Part shown: piece after piece, positions 41,900 through 54,819 of the stretch
Layout: every line of letters starts with the position of its first letter
How positions within the stretch are numbered: position 1 is the first letter of the stretch
NCBI RefSeq assembly: GCF_009914755.1
Contig: NC_060930.1
Strand: one strand, 5' to 3'
Length of the DNA: 64,000 bases
DNA from: the human T2T-CHM13v2.0 reference genome, Homo sapiens
Notes under the pieces: generated by a model
Seen by the model: only the letters and a program-made list of their open reading frames with translations
What the model was told of the DNA's origin: nothing
Databases searched by the model: none
Program-made: the position numbers and the translations under genes

Positions 41900-44560
41900 C
41901 TAGACTCTGGAATTCTTATAAAGCTTTAGTATTAATGATACACTACCTTCATAAAAATATGTTGAAGAGTGTCTTTATATTTTTTGTACTCTGGAAGTGT
42001 GCGTAAGATTGGAATCATCTGATCCTTAGATGGTTAGTTGAACTGTCCCATAAAAACGTTTGAATCTGTTGGTTATTTGTGGATAGACTCTAAACTATTA
42101 ATTTAATTTAAAAAATAATTATAGTTGTATTCAGTGTTTCTACATAATCTCAGATAATTTTTGATGAGCTATATTTTTCTAGGGATTTGTTTTGTGTAAA
42201 CTTTCAATATCACTGACATAGTTTTAAAATCTGTTTTGAATCTAGGTATGTTTTAATTTTCATTCCTGGTATTTACTTGTGTCTAATTTTTTCTTGCTCA
42301 GAATTGACAGAGCTTTATTTTAATAATTATTCTTTCATAGAACCACCTTTTCTCCTTTTATTTAATAGATTTCTGCACTCAGTTTTATTATTTTTTTGAA
42401 ACTATGTCCTTTGGACTTACCCTGCTGCGTTTTTAAGCTGTTAAAGGTTATGCATTTCTTTCCAACTACAGTCATCACAAATTTTGAAATGGAGTATGTT
42501 CATAATCATTCAGCTCTAAGCATTTCTAATTTCCACTGTTATTTAATTTTGGGGACTAAATGCATGAGACTTTTGAAAGTTATTGCTTGCTATTGATTTT
42601 TTTAAAAGTCAGGTTTATTGAAGCATAATTTACATACAGTAAAATTTACCCATTTTTAGTGTTTAGTTTGATGAGTTTTGACAAATATATACAGTCACGA
42701 ATCCACTACCAAAATCAAATATAAAATATTTCCATCACACTACAAAATTCCCTTATGTCCTTTTGTGATCAATCTCCTACTCCATCTCCCAGCCTCTGAC
42801 AACAACTGATCTGATTTCTTTCCCTCAGGTTTTGCCTTGTTATTGATTTTAATTTAGTTGCACAGTGGACAGGGAACATGGACTTTATAATAATGATTCT
42901 TTTGATATTTAATGAGATTTGCTTTTGGCCCATTATGTGGCTAATTATCATAAAGTATCTTTAGTTTTCAATTGCTTTATGCAGAGTTCTGTATATGTTA
43001 GTTAATCTAACTTGTTTAGAGTGTTTTTCAATCTTCTATTTTCTTACTCATTTTCTACCTGATTTATCAATTTCTGAAAGAAGTATTAACATATGAAAAT
43101 CTCCCCTATTGTGGTAAATTTGCCCATTTCTTCTTGCAGTGTTGTCAGCTTTTTGCCTCATGTACGTTGATGTTAGGTTCTTAGAAGTCTAATGTTAATA
43201 ACTTTTCCTGGCCTTTTATTTTAAATGTTTCCGAGTCCTTACATTTTATTTGTTTTGTGTACAAAGCCTAGAGCTGTTTATTTTTTAACCCAATTTTACA
43301 ATTTCTGCCATTTAACTAAACAGTTTAGACCCTTTACATTTATTGTGATTACTTATACTTTTGATTTATCTCCCTCACTTGACATCTTGCTTTAAATTTT
43401 ATATTTTTTCTCTTTCTGCCTACTTTTGAATTATTTGAGATTTTGTTTGTTCATTTGTTTTATTCCATACCCTCACCTGCTTTGGGAGCTATATACACTA
43501 TTGTTAATCTTTGTGTGACCACTGATAACATTTTAATATGCCTAGTTAATTTAACAAAATCTAAATTTAATATCACTACCTTCTTCTTGAACAGTGAAAT
43601 AACTTCAGAATTCTTTGAACATGATTTTACCACTCCTACTATCTATATTGCTGTTATCCAGTATCTAAGTTCTACCCCATTTTTATATCCTCCAAGTTAA
43701 TTGTTTTATACAGTCTGCTTAGATCTGTTCACATATTTGCTAGATTCTTCATTCCCTACTTCTTCTAGCCTCTCAAACTTTGCCCCTAACACCATGTTTC
43801 TTCTTCCTGAAGTATATCCTTTATAAATTCTTTTAATGGTGTTCAGTTGCTAGTCAACTCTCTTAATTTGCTCTTGTTCTTTTTATCTGTATACACAATT
43901 CTTGGCAGACAGTTATTTTCACTGGATGCTTGATGCTATTACATCTCTACCTTTTGTCTTCCATTGTTGCCATTAACTCTTAAGATTCTATATCTACAAA
44001 ATTAGTTTTGGATCATCTTCAGTTATAATTTCTACAAATGTGGTCTAATATCCGTTCTTATTATTCTCTTCTAGAAATCCAATTGACATAACTCAGAGTA
44101 ACTCATTTTATCTTTCATGTTTCTTATTTTTCATGATTTCCATCTCTTTGTGTTGCATTTGGGGCAATTTCCTTAGGCTTGTCTTCCAAGTAATGCCCAC
44201 CCTTTAATTGTGTAGGTCTTCAAAGATCCAGACTTTATCTAGAGGTCTTAGTTCCTAACTTGAAAGCCCAGTGCTTAGGTTTTGTTACCCTAGAGGTTGT
44301 TGTTAAAAGCAAGTGATTACATTAGGAATAAGAGCAAATGCCTAAAGAAGCCAAACCTCACATTAGGTTATTATGCTGGTTTTCCTTTTTTTTTTCAGTT
44401 TGTGACCATTTCTTTTTTATTTTTATGTTCTCAGCTACACATTTCAAAAGTTGATGGTTATATCTCATCCAATATGTCTAGGTGTTTCACGCAGAAAGGA
44501 TTCTTTTTTTTTTTTTTTTTTTTTGGTATATCTATGTACCATATTGCTAGAATTGGAAGT
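41900..44560 (-). mobile_element. Ancient L1M/L1ME fragment (ORF2 N-terminal part through ORF1/5' side), highly decayed
   Basis: Antisense L1 blocks 'ctggaagtgtgcgtaagattggaatcatctgatccttagatgg', 'tgagatttgcttttggcccattatgtgg', 'tttagaccctttacatttattgtgatta' and 'ccatattgctagaattggaagtc'. Confidence 0.65.
42601..42836 (-). mobile_element. Short L1MB/L1MC/L1ME-type 3' end nested in the older L1
   Basis: 'ggtttattgaagcataatttacatacagtaaaatttaccc...gatgagttttgacaaatatatacagtc'. 15-bp TSD cttg(c/t)tattgatttt at 42586-42600 and 42836-42850. Confidence 0.85.
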
Positions 44561-45354
44561 CTAGAGTGCATTCTTTACCTGGGTTTCCTTTTTATGTGGT
44601 CAGATTTTAGTAAATATGTATCTTGGCTTCCCATATTTTTGTGATGTGCAAGAATACAAAGCATTCTACAACCCTGCTGTCTTATAATCATTATTTTACT
44701 CATTTATCCACAAGTCTTTGGGTCTATATATTTTTTGTTAATTTCTTAATTTAAATTTCTTTTTAATGACACCCTCTACTAACTAGCTCAAAGTCAGATG
44801 TGGGCTTTCTTAGATGCCAAATAGCTGGAGGCAGAGTCAGAAGAATGTATGCATGGGCATTATCACATCAGCTGGGGATCTATTTTTACAGTTAGTAGTA
44901 TTGAGCTTGATATTAGAAGTAGGAAACTTATGATGTCTGTAAGTATTACCTTAAATGGAAATGAATAGATGGGTGTTTCTGCATAGGGACGTAAGCCTCC
45001 AAGTATAAAAGAACTATGTTACAATGCAAAATTAAGCTTTATGGAACTGACAAGTCCCTACCTTGCTTGGAAAGTATCACTAGTAGCTATACACCACTTT
45101 TCGAGGTTAGGGAGGGGCCTTGGGAAACTGTGAGGAGACAGTGTGGTTGCTACCTCTCTGTGCGATCCCCTAATTTCAGGTAAGTTTCTATATCTTTTTT
45201 CATTAAAGTGTTTGTAGTCCCCTTCTGCCAAGCCAAGCTCACCTCAAATGGCACATTACCCTCATTTCACATTATAGGCTCCATGTCTCACGATGCTGCC
45301 CATTTACAATACAGATTTATACTTGTTGAACTATGCATCTGTTTAGAAAAGACT

Positions 45355-45932
45355 TCAACTGGATTGTAAACTCTTTGAGGACAACATTTTTTTCTTTCAT
45401 AACTTGTATCTTTTGTAACTTGCATTACACTGCTATGGCAGGTGCACAATACAGCAGGTCCTTCAAATAACGTTGTTTCATTCAGTGTCATTTTATTATA
45501 ACATCGATGAGAAAAAATTTTGATTTCCAGCTGTGGCCTATGTCTGCATGGGTTTTTCGCCAGACACTCTGGTTTCCTCCCACATCCCAAAGATGTGAAC
45601 ATTAGGTGAATTGGTGTATCTAAATTGTTCCAGTCTGAGGAAGTATGGGTGTATGCGTGAGTGTGTCCCATGATGGGATGGCATCCTGGCCAGGTTGGGT
45701 TCCTGCCTTGCACCTTGAGCTGCGGGACAGGCTCCAGCCACCTGTGACCCTGAATTGGAATAACTGGTTAAGTAATTGTCTTACTTGTTTTTTATGAATC
45801 TTTTTTACATGTACTTGACTCTTGTTTATATCAATTAACCTATGGTAAAATTAGTTTCTTTATATGTAATTTTGCTTAAAGTAACAGTTTCAAAAAACCT
45901 GTTGTACATACTTTTTGAGTAAGTGAATGAAT
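45355..45932 (+). mobile_element. L2 3' end split by MER6
   Basis: 'ctggattgtaaactctttgaggaca...caggtgcacaaTA' | MER6 | 'TAcatactttttgagtaagtgaatgaa'. Confidence 0.65.
45452..45904 (+). mobile_element. MER6/MER6A (TcMar-Tigger) with embedded V-SINE-like domain
   Basis: Begins CAGCAGGTCCTtcAATAACGTtGTTTC and contains 'ggtttcctcccacatcccaaagatgtg'. Flanked by TA at 45450-51 and 45905-06. Confidence 0.9.
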
Positions 45933-46859
45933 ACTTACCTTTTTTGGTACATCTTCGGTGATTTATCATAGAAATTCATATCTAGAGACTGTTTTAAAAG
46001 TGAATTTTATATCCCTAAATGAAACTGTCTTAGCCTTAATGGCCTATCATTTCAAAGAGTTTTAGTACTTAGCAACCATTTAATGTATGGATTATTGACC
46101 TATTCACTCATATCGCAGATGCTTTGAGCTGTCCAAGTCTGCCAACAGAAATCTGTTTTACAGACTTCAAGGTAAATGACTTAGTAGTCTTTAATGATTG
46201 CTGTTATGGATGGCTGTGCCCTTAATTGATAGCTTAGCAGATTAACAGCTCGCTGGATGGATTATTTCACTCTTCCATGCATTCTGGAGCATAATGTGTC
46301 TCTAAAGTAGTTCAAGCCAAATCAAATAAACATTTACTGAATGTCCACCATGGGCAAAACACTGTCTAGGTACTAGGGTGGGGGTGGAGTGGAGATGGGA
46401 ATCAACTTTAAAACACACAGCTACCACCACAGCAAAACACATGCAATAAAAATATCAAAATCAATTGCAGGCATCTACAATTAATGCTTTTTATGAAGAT
46501 AGGCCAATTCTATATCAATGGAGCACCAATAAAAAATAGTATCAACATTGTTACTCTTAAGAATTCCTAAAACTAGTATGCAGTGAGTGTTTGTATAGGC
46601 ACATTTGATTGTGCTATGGGTGTTTTATTGAATATTATTGTTTATGAAACATGAAATTAAAAGAAACATTAATAGCATTTGCGTAGTTAAGAGATGTGTA
46701 AACAGCAAGAGTAGCAGTGGAAATTATGGCCATGGTTAAAACAAACAAACAAATGAGTGCCAACTATTGCCCTATGTATGTTTTCTCCCTAGCTAGTAAT
46801 GCCAAGTCTAAATAAAGATTTCTTGGAAAAGAAGAGGACTCCTGTCTGCTCATGAGAGG

Positions 46860-47105
46860 GTGTGAATAATGGTTAAGAATAAGGGCATTACCACCAAACA
46901 GATCTTATTTTAAATCTCCAGTTTTTCAGTTACTAGCAATATGAAAGTGGGCAAGTTATTGAACCTCTCTACAGTTTTATCGTTTATCAAATGGGTATAA
47001 TACCTATTTTGCCATGGAGTTACTTTACCAGGTAGATATAAGGGTCTGGTCCATAGCTTGCACACTCAAAGTGTTCAATAAATAGTAACACTTATTCTTC
47101 TAATT
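46860..47105 (+). mobile_element. MIR
   Basis: 'aatggttaagaataagggc...gtgggcaagttattgaacctctct...aaatgggtataatacctat'. Confidence 0.7.
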
Positions 47106-47823
47106 ATTAATTTAGTTCCAAATTTGTGTGTCTACCATAAATGTAAAAATCTAACAGTGTCATTTACTGTTAAAGAGAAAGTATCTAAAGTAAGACTATA
47201 TTACTGAAAGTCGGTGTGAACTTTGAAGACAAAGCGAACTTGGGGTGCAGCAAGGAAGCTGGATTGAGAAAGAAAAGACTGTATGTATGGTGAGTTGGTG
47301 AAAACAGGAGAGAGAAAACTGGTTGCAGAAACTCAGTATCAGTAATTGTAGAAAGGAGTATTGCTATGGTTTCCCTATTGAGCATAGAAGACTGCTCATT
47401 AAATCCAGTTTAAATAAGAGAAAAACACTACCAGAAATCATATAGGAGTTTGGTCTTTTCAGCCTGCTATTTCCTATAGAAATAATTACAATTGCATTTT
47501 AATATCTGAAAAACATTTCAGAGCAGAAAGGGTGATGTAATTGCACTGAGAAGGACAATAGATGTAAAATTTCTGAAAAAATTAGTAAATATTGTGCAAG
47601 TATATCATATGATTATTGTCCTTCCTTGCATCTCTGTGCATAATCTTTTCTTTTTTTAAATTTTATGTCCCAATCAAGACTTAGTTTTCTTAACTCTTTG
47701 GCTTTCCTGAATGTTACTGCGATTTACTGCAAGGTCAAAGGGCACAGAAATTCAGGTGGTGCAGAAAGTGAAGTGAGAAAAGACTTTATTTTCTCATTAA
47801 TGTACTTTACTTAAATCAAATAA

Positions 47824-48197
<374 letters not shown>

Positions 48198-48743
48198 AAG
48201 CTGTCTTTTGAGTGTAACAGAGGAATCTCCTCATGGGCTGCAGGCTTCAGTGTCCACAAAAGCCAGAGCTGCTCAGCCCAGGTTGGCTTTAAGATTTCAA
48301 ATCCAGTTCATCAGCTTACATTTCCCATTTGGCAGGGTAGTCTTGTGATTCATTGCCAGTAGGCTCCCTGTGGAGGGATGGTTAATGAGGATTGAAGTTT
48401 CATTTAAATTTTCTTTTCAAAAATCTTTTCTTTCCGTGAAGATGAAAGTAAAGAGTTTCCAGACAAGCTTAGCTGGAGTGCATTACACTTCTCTGAAGTT
48501 TGAGAATGGCAAAGAAAATGTGAGTAGGAATGTGAGGACTGTGTCTGATTCGACTGGGTGGGACTGCCCAAATGTTACTGCTGAGATGTTTCTTGGGCAG
48601 GTACCAATTTGCCTCAGGCATTCAGAGGGCTTACTTCTTCAGGTGGATTGGCCCATTATCTCCTCAGGGCACAAGCCTACCTTCCATCAGAGCTAATGTG
48701 AAGGGCATACTCAGTGAATCATGAGCATGCAGACATCAGGGAA

Positions 48744-48746
<3 letters not shown>

Positions 48747-48798
<52 letters not shown>
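48747..48798. repeat. (GA)26 microsatellite
   Basis: Read directly; uninterrupted. Confidence 0.95.
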
Positions 48799-48801
<3 letters not shown>

Positions 48802-49569
48802 CTATGGCTGTCCAAAGGAGTCAGCTGGGAGTGGGAGGAGGCTCTTCTGGCATTGCAGCAGACATATTCTTGCCAGGAAGGATGCATTTCTTGAAATTTC
48901 TATTCCTGTCTGTAGAAACAGATTTGGGAAAACTTCAGAGCTATGGCATGCCAAATGTAGAGCATGCAAGTTTTCACCTGGCCCACAGGTATCAGCAGGT
49001 TGAGACAGATTCTCAAATTGCCAGTAAGGCAGGAAGCGAAGAATAAGAACAGGGAAGATGTTACAGAACAGCTAGTCCCAGCCAAGTGAAGGAGTGAGAA
49101 AGACATGATGCATTGTGGGCACAGGCGTGGCTTGCCGCAGCAGACAGCTTCTGACTTTCTTGATGTAGTGATGACTCCTCCCCAGCCCTGCAGAGCATGG
49201 GGATTCCAAGTTTGTTGCTAAGTAACAATTTGTCCTAGTTGGAATTAATAAAAGCAGTTTATATAGATGCTGGTCTTTTGAAAAGGTTAGAAGGGTGAAA
49301 ATGTGGATGAATAAGGAGGATCTGCAGCCAAATTTGAGATTACAACGACTTGGGCTCATTATACCTTAGCTGATAACCCTGATTATATTTTCCAGGGATT
49401 TTTGCTTCAATCTTGATTTCACTGGGTCAATTAATTAATAAATTTAGCCAACATTGATTGAGCTAGTTCAATTTCCTGTACCTGAAACACAGTCTTCAGA
49501 CTATGAGAGTAATTATGGCCAATGTCATCTTATCATGGCACCCATTAAATAACAAGTGAATACTTTTAA

Positions 49570-49735
49570 AGCAAGATCCCAGCCACCTACATCAGAATCA
49601 TCTGATGTAGGGGCATTTGCCAAATTTTCTCATCCTAGGTCCCACACCAGATCTGCTATATTAGAATTTAATGCACACACATGTACACGCACACTCAGGG
49701 GACCCTTATAATAGTAGTATTTGAGAAGCACTGCT
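49570..49735. mobile_element. Degenerate MER5-family (hAT-Charlie) element
   Basis: 'ccacctacatcagaatca', 'cctaggtcccacaccagatctgct' and terminal 'tttgagaagcactg'. Confidence 0.55.
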
Positions 49736-51500
49736 TTTGAATTTTAAACTTTAGGTGGGCAATATTTGCAGAGGCAATTTTTCTCCCATACATACCTTTG
49801 TGCCAATTAAAGTGAAGTGCAAACACCTGGTAGTGATGAGCCTTAATTCACATGGCCTCTGAAGAGGCTGGAACTAGAAAGCTTGTCCTTTCCCAGAATC
49901 CAGACTGGAATGGCACATTTTTACTATTAACAATTTAAAATAGTAAGTTCTTCCAAATACTAAACCTATCAATTATATATCAGTACATTAAATAATCACT
50001 TTGAAAATTGTTTAAAAAAAATCCTTTTCATCTATACTTAATTGTTATTTGCAGTTTAATGTAACCAGTCTTCCATTTATATTGATTTTTAAAAATTTGA
50101 ATGGCTTTTCTATTTTTCTTGGAATTATGTTGTAGAGCCATACCATAATAGCACATGCTATGTGTAAAGCATGAGACAGAGTGCTTATCATATGCTAATG
50201 CTCAGAAAGTGAGTCCTGGTTTTTTCCTCTCCTCCTCTTCTCCTTTTTTCCCCTCTAGATGGCTCCAGGAATTCATAACAGCTATGTGGCAACCACCTGT
50301 CTGAATCATGATTTCCTGTTTAAGCCACAGGTCCTCTATTCATCCTATTTATAACATTGGAAATAATTAAAGGTACCATTTGGTTCTTAATTAAAAGTAT
50401 CTTCTTTGCTTGACTTAGCCCTTCATGTAAACTTGGAGATGTATGCTTCTTACTGCATCATTGCTGTCAACATGGCCAATGGAGAAAGAGAAGATAAATG
50501 TGGGAAATCTCTCTACAGAGAGTGTATGGACTCCCTTTCTCTTTTGTTCCCAAATGGGGAAAAAGTAATATCCACATTTGCTCTTTGAGAAAATGAATGA
50601 AGCTATATCCTCTCATCAGTGTAATTGCAATTTTGAACAGAGTTTAACTAGACTAAGGACACCTTAATTTATCTCTTAGGCTGACTTCATTGCTGCCCCA
50701 GATTAAATATCTCTGCCCTTGGATCAATTACCCAGAATTTTCTAATACAGCAGCTCTGATGACAAGTTTTGGGAGAGAGCATTATCCATTACCCTTCACC
50801 TCTATGTATATAATCATACATAATAATCACACAGGAGCCCCTCATGAGGCACAGAGGAGCCATTCTTCTTTGCTGGGGCAATCCTTCCTTAGCTTAGCAA
50901 TGATAGTACATTTTACTCTCTTCACTGCTATTATACGAGCACTCATGAAAGTTACCATTTATTTTTAGAGATCATTTTGAAGTGTTCCTGAATTACAACC
51001 TTAAATCCAGAATATAGGTCATTGGTAGAATGCTGTCTATGTAGCTATGTCTATATAGCTGTATTAACATCTTTATCTATATTATAAATAGTTTTAGACC
51101 CATATCTTGTGCTTCTTTTAGATCTTCTTAATTTTTTGGAGCAGAGTTTCTGAGATCACAGATCTTGAAGCATATCCATCTCTACCACATACAGTCTTTG
51201 CTTTTCTTGATCTCTAATTTATGTATGGGAAAATACTATTAAACTAGATGTGGCAGGGCAAACTAATTTCCTTTTTCTTTCATTGCAAATGTGACTTCTG
51301 GGTTACCTGAATACTACTAGTTTCTTTTCTTCAGTTTAAGTTGTGCTGGGATTTTAAATAAAAAAAGTCAATTTAATTTCCAGTGCTATATGTGTTGAAA
51401 ACAAAACAAATCCAGAAAAGTTGGGAATCTCTGAGGTCTTTATATTGTTTGAATCTGAAGTTACAGTTTGTGGCAAGTGCGGCTTTCAAAATTAATTTAG

Positions 51501-52044
<544 letters not shown>

Positions 52045-52789
52045 AAAATTAATTTAGAAACAAAGTTAACATTAATGAAGAAATTTAAGAAACATAGTGG
52101 AAGAGACCCAGAACATTGAAAGAATTCTGATGCTGATGTCAATTTTGTATTAATCTTGGGGTTCTAGATTTTTATGAGAAACTGACTATGGTGCAAAATC
52201 ACAAAGCTCATGAGTTGGGTGTAGGGCTGGTAGAGGGTGATGCTTACAGAACATGTCTAAATGGCAGAGATTTCCTGAATTTCATTTGCATTAAGATGGT
52301 TATTTCTAAAAACTGCTACCCTTGAGGTCAATAATGAGTTTGTAAAAACCTTCTGAGAGGACTAAATCTATTTGTCATTTATGCTTGGTACAAAGTGCTT
52401 ATATCGGAGTAATACTTGAGTGATATCAGCCCCAGGGAGTGGGATTCTTGGTCTAGAGGTGGATGGAGTGAGTCCAGGGAAGATACATCAGTCAGAAGAA
52501 GGATGGAGAAGGAGGAGCAAGCAAATACTATTTGAATGGAAAATTTAAAATAACAATTGTTTATTCAAAAGTAAATTGAGTAAATAGTAATGGATACACA
52601 AGTCTGTAATAGGTGCTTTCCACTAATGAATTTGATTGTTTATTACTCCTTTTCTTCTGCTGTTGGCAATCATGAGAGTATTTCCTTATGATAATCCTGA
52701 ATCTTCAAAAAATATATTCAAAATCCTCTTGGCTTTAGCTCAATCCACAATTTCTGTTTGTTTCTCCCCTGACTCTTGTTCTAAACTTC

Positions 52790-52794
<5 letters not shown>

Positions 52795-52828
<34 letters not shown>
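52795..52828. repeat. (TG)17 microsatellite
   Basis: Read directly. Confidence 0.95.
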
Positions 52829-52831
<3 letters not shown>

Positions 52832-54624
52832 ACTGAAATCTGAAACTCATGAAGTGACTACATTATTTAAGCTCATTATCTCCCAACTGCTTGGTTCAGT
52901 GTTGGGCATGTAGCTGGTTAGTTCTTAAAATTGTTAAATCGTTTTGTTTTGAAAGACAAAATAAAAAGTCTTGTTGGAATACTGCCCATCTTTCAATGCA
53001 CTGCTGGTATGTCTTGACCTCTCTCTTCAGTGAGAACTCGGAGGTTTGTTGTTCTGTATATATGGAATTCTATACATGCCTCTCTCACACGGACAGACTA
53101 GCTACCCTCTTACCCTGTGTCTCCACCACAGCCTGGTCAGTCCTGCTCAATGAGTGGAAATGAGTGAAAGATTAAATAAAGATTAGAAGCCACGAAAAGA
53201 GCTCATGAGTAACTCATCTGGCTCTTCTGGTGCCCTCCCTTTATTGTGGATATTTGGCAGTCTCCTCAAGGGGACTGCCAGCATCTGACTGTGGTTCAGT
53301 GTTTCTTAGCATTTTATGTAGGTTTAATCCAGATGTTAAGACTATTCTCTAGAGTTTATTGGTGTTGGGCTTATTTCATCTAACCCTGGGAGGAGGACTC
53401 ATTTGGTAATAAATAACCTTGCTAGAGGAGAGCTGGGAGTTGTATCTAGAGTATGTTGTATCCATTCCAGGCCAAACTGTTTTCCTAAAGTAGGGGAAAT
53501 GTTGTATGGGGGATAAAGTGTCCTCTCAAGTGTTCTCACCTCTAGTAGGAAAAATTCAATTTCCCTGAAAGATAAGTCACCACTTTTCCCTTCCTGAAAC
53601 TTTAGTCTCTCTATCACAGTGGAAACAGAGCTGAGGATCAAAGATGCAATACAAATTACTGGGTCACGTTTTGAACCCTACTTGTGTGGTCATCAGAATG
53701 TGTAGGAGCAGGAGGTAGCTGGCGGCAGATGGAGAGCTGTGGGAGTGTCGGGGTAACAGCAGGGGAGGCTGGTGAAATTATCTGAACACAAAATGGTGAT
53801 TTTGATACTGTGTTCTGCCACCAAGCACAAGGTTATTAGCTGTAAAAAATCAATTTTCTTCGATAGTGTCTTTATGTCCCCTACCTTTTCTCTGAAATTT
53901 AGGTGATGACCAAAGTAACTTCAGAGACTATATTGCATAGCACATTATGCGTTTGTTGCATTTAGCTGCTCTGGACATTATAAAATCAATAGAATACAAT
54001 GTTGAAACCAAATTTCAAAATGGATACTGTATTTTTCCTATCTCCTTTGTAATTTCAATCAGATAAGGTTTTTGTTTCTTGTCCAAAGCTGTTTGGTGAG
54101 CATTAAGTTTCTTGCAAAAGGCTAAATATAATATGTGGATATGCTTCAATCTAATCACCACATATTTATTTAGCTCCTAATATGTATAAAGTCATACAAG
54201 TCGATGTGAAAGAAACACAGCTTGTATTAGACACAGCTCTGGCACCTTTCCTCTCTCATGAAATTTACTCTTGTGTGTTACAATGTTTTTACTTCTTTTT
54301 CAATTTATGAGCTTGTCTTTGTTTGATAAAAGTAATATATTACCAACCCAATTGGAAACAAGAAAAAGTATATTGTCCACAAGTCTCCATGCTAACACAA
54401 GACTACTAGCATTTCTTCCTTCCAGTCTTTTTTCTGGACTTGTGGATTTTCCTCTTTAGTTGTTACAGTGTACATATATACTGATAGCTTCTTTACATTT
54501 TACATTATATTATAAATATTGTTCATTTTACTACAACATCTTCAACTTCTTAATTGTGACGAGTCATAATACCTTGAAGAATAGATGAGGAACATTTGTT
54601 TAAAGAGTCCCTTGTTTTATAGCC

Positions 54625-54770
54625 TTAGTGGCAGCATGGGACAATGAAGAGAACATGGACTTTGCCCAGAAATTGGCCTTAAATGCAGGCTCAACCACTT
54701 TTTTGCTCCATGGTCAAAGGAAGGTTATTTCTCTTCTCTGAGCCTCAGTCTTCATGTCTGTAAAATCTGT
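54625..54770 (+). mobile_element. MIR
   Basis: 'gaagagaacatggactttg...ggctcaaccactt...ctctgagcctcagtcttcatgtctgtaaaat'. Confidence 0.7.
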
Positions 54771-54819
54771 CATGTGTTTAGTCAATACGTGATCTGGAAA
54801 TGGTAGCTCTTATCATTAA

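Noticed and set aside
46377-46400. G-rich stretch as a possible G-quadruplex
   Set aside because: It lacks four well-spaced G3 runs.
48714-49046. 110-aa ORF with an RE dipeptide run
   Set aside because: Produced by the (GA)26 microsatellite.
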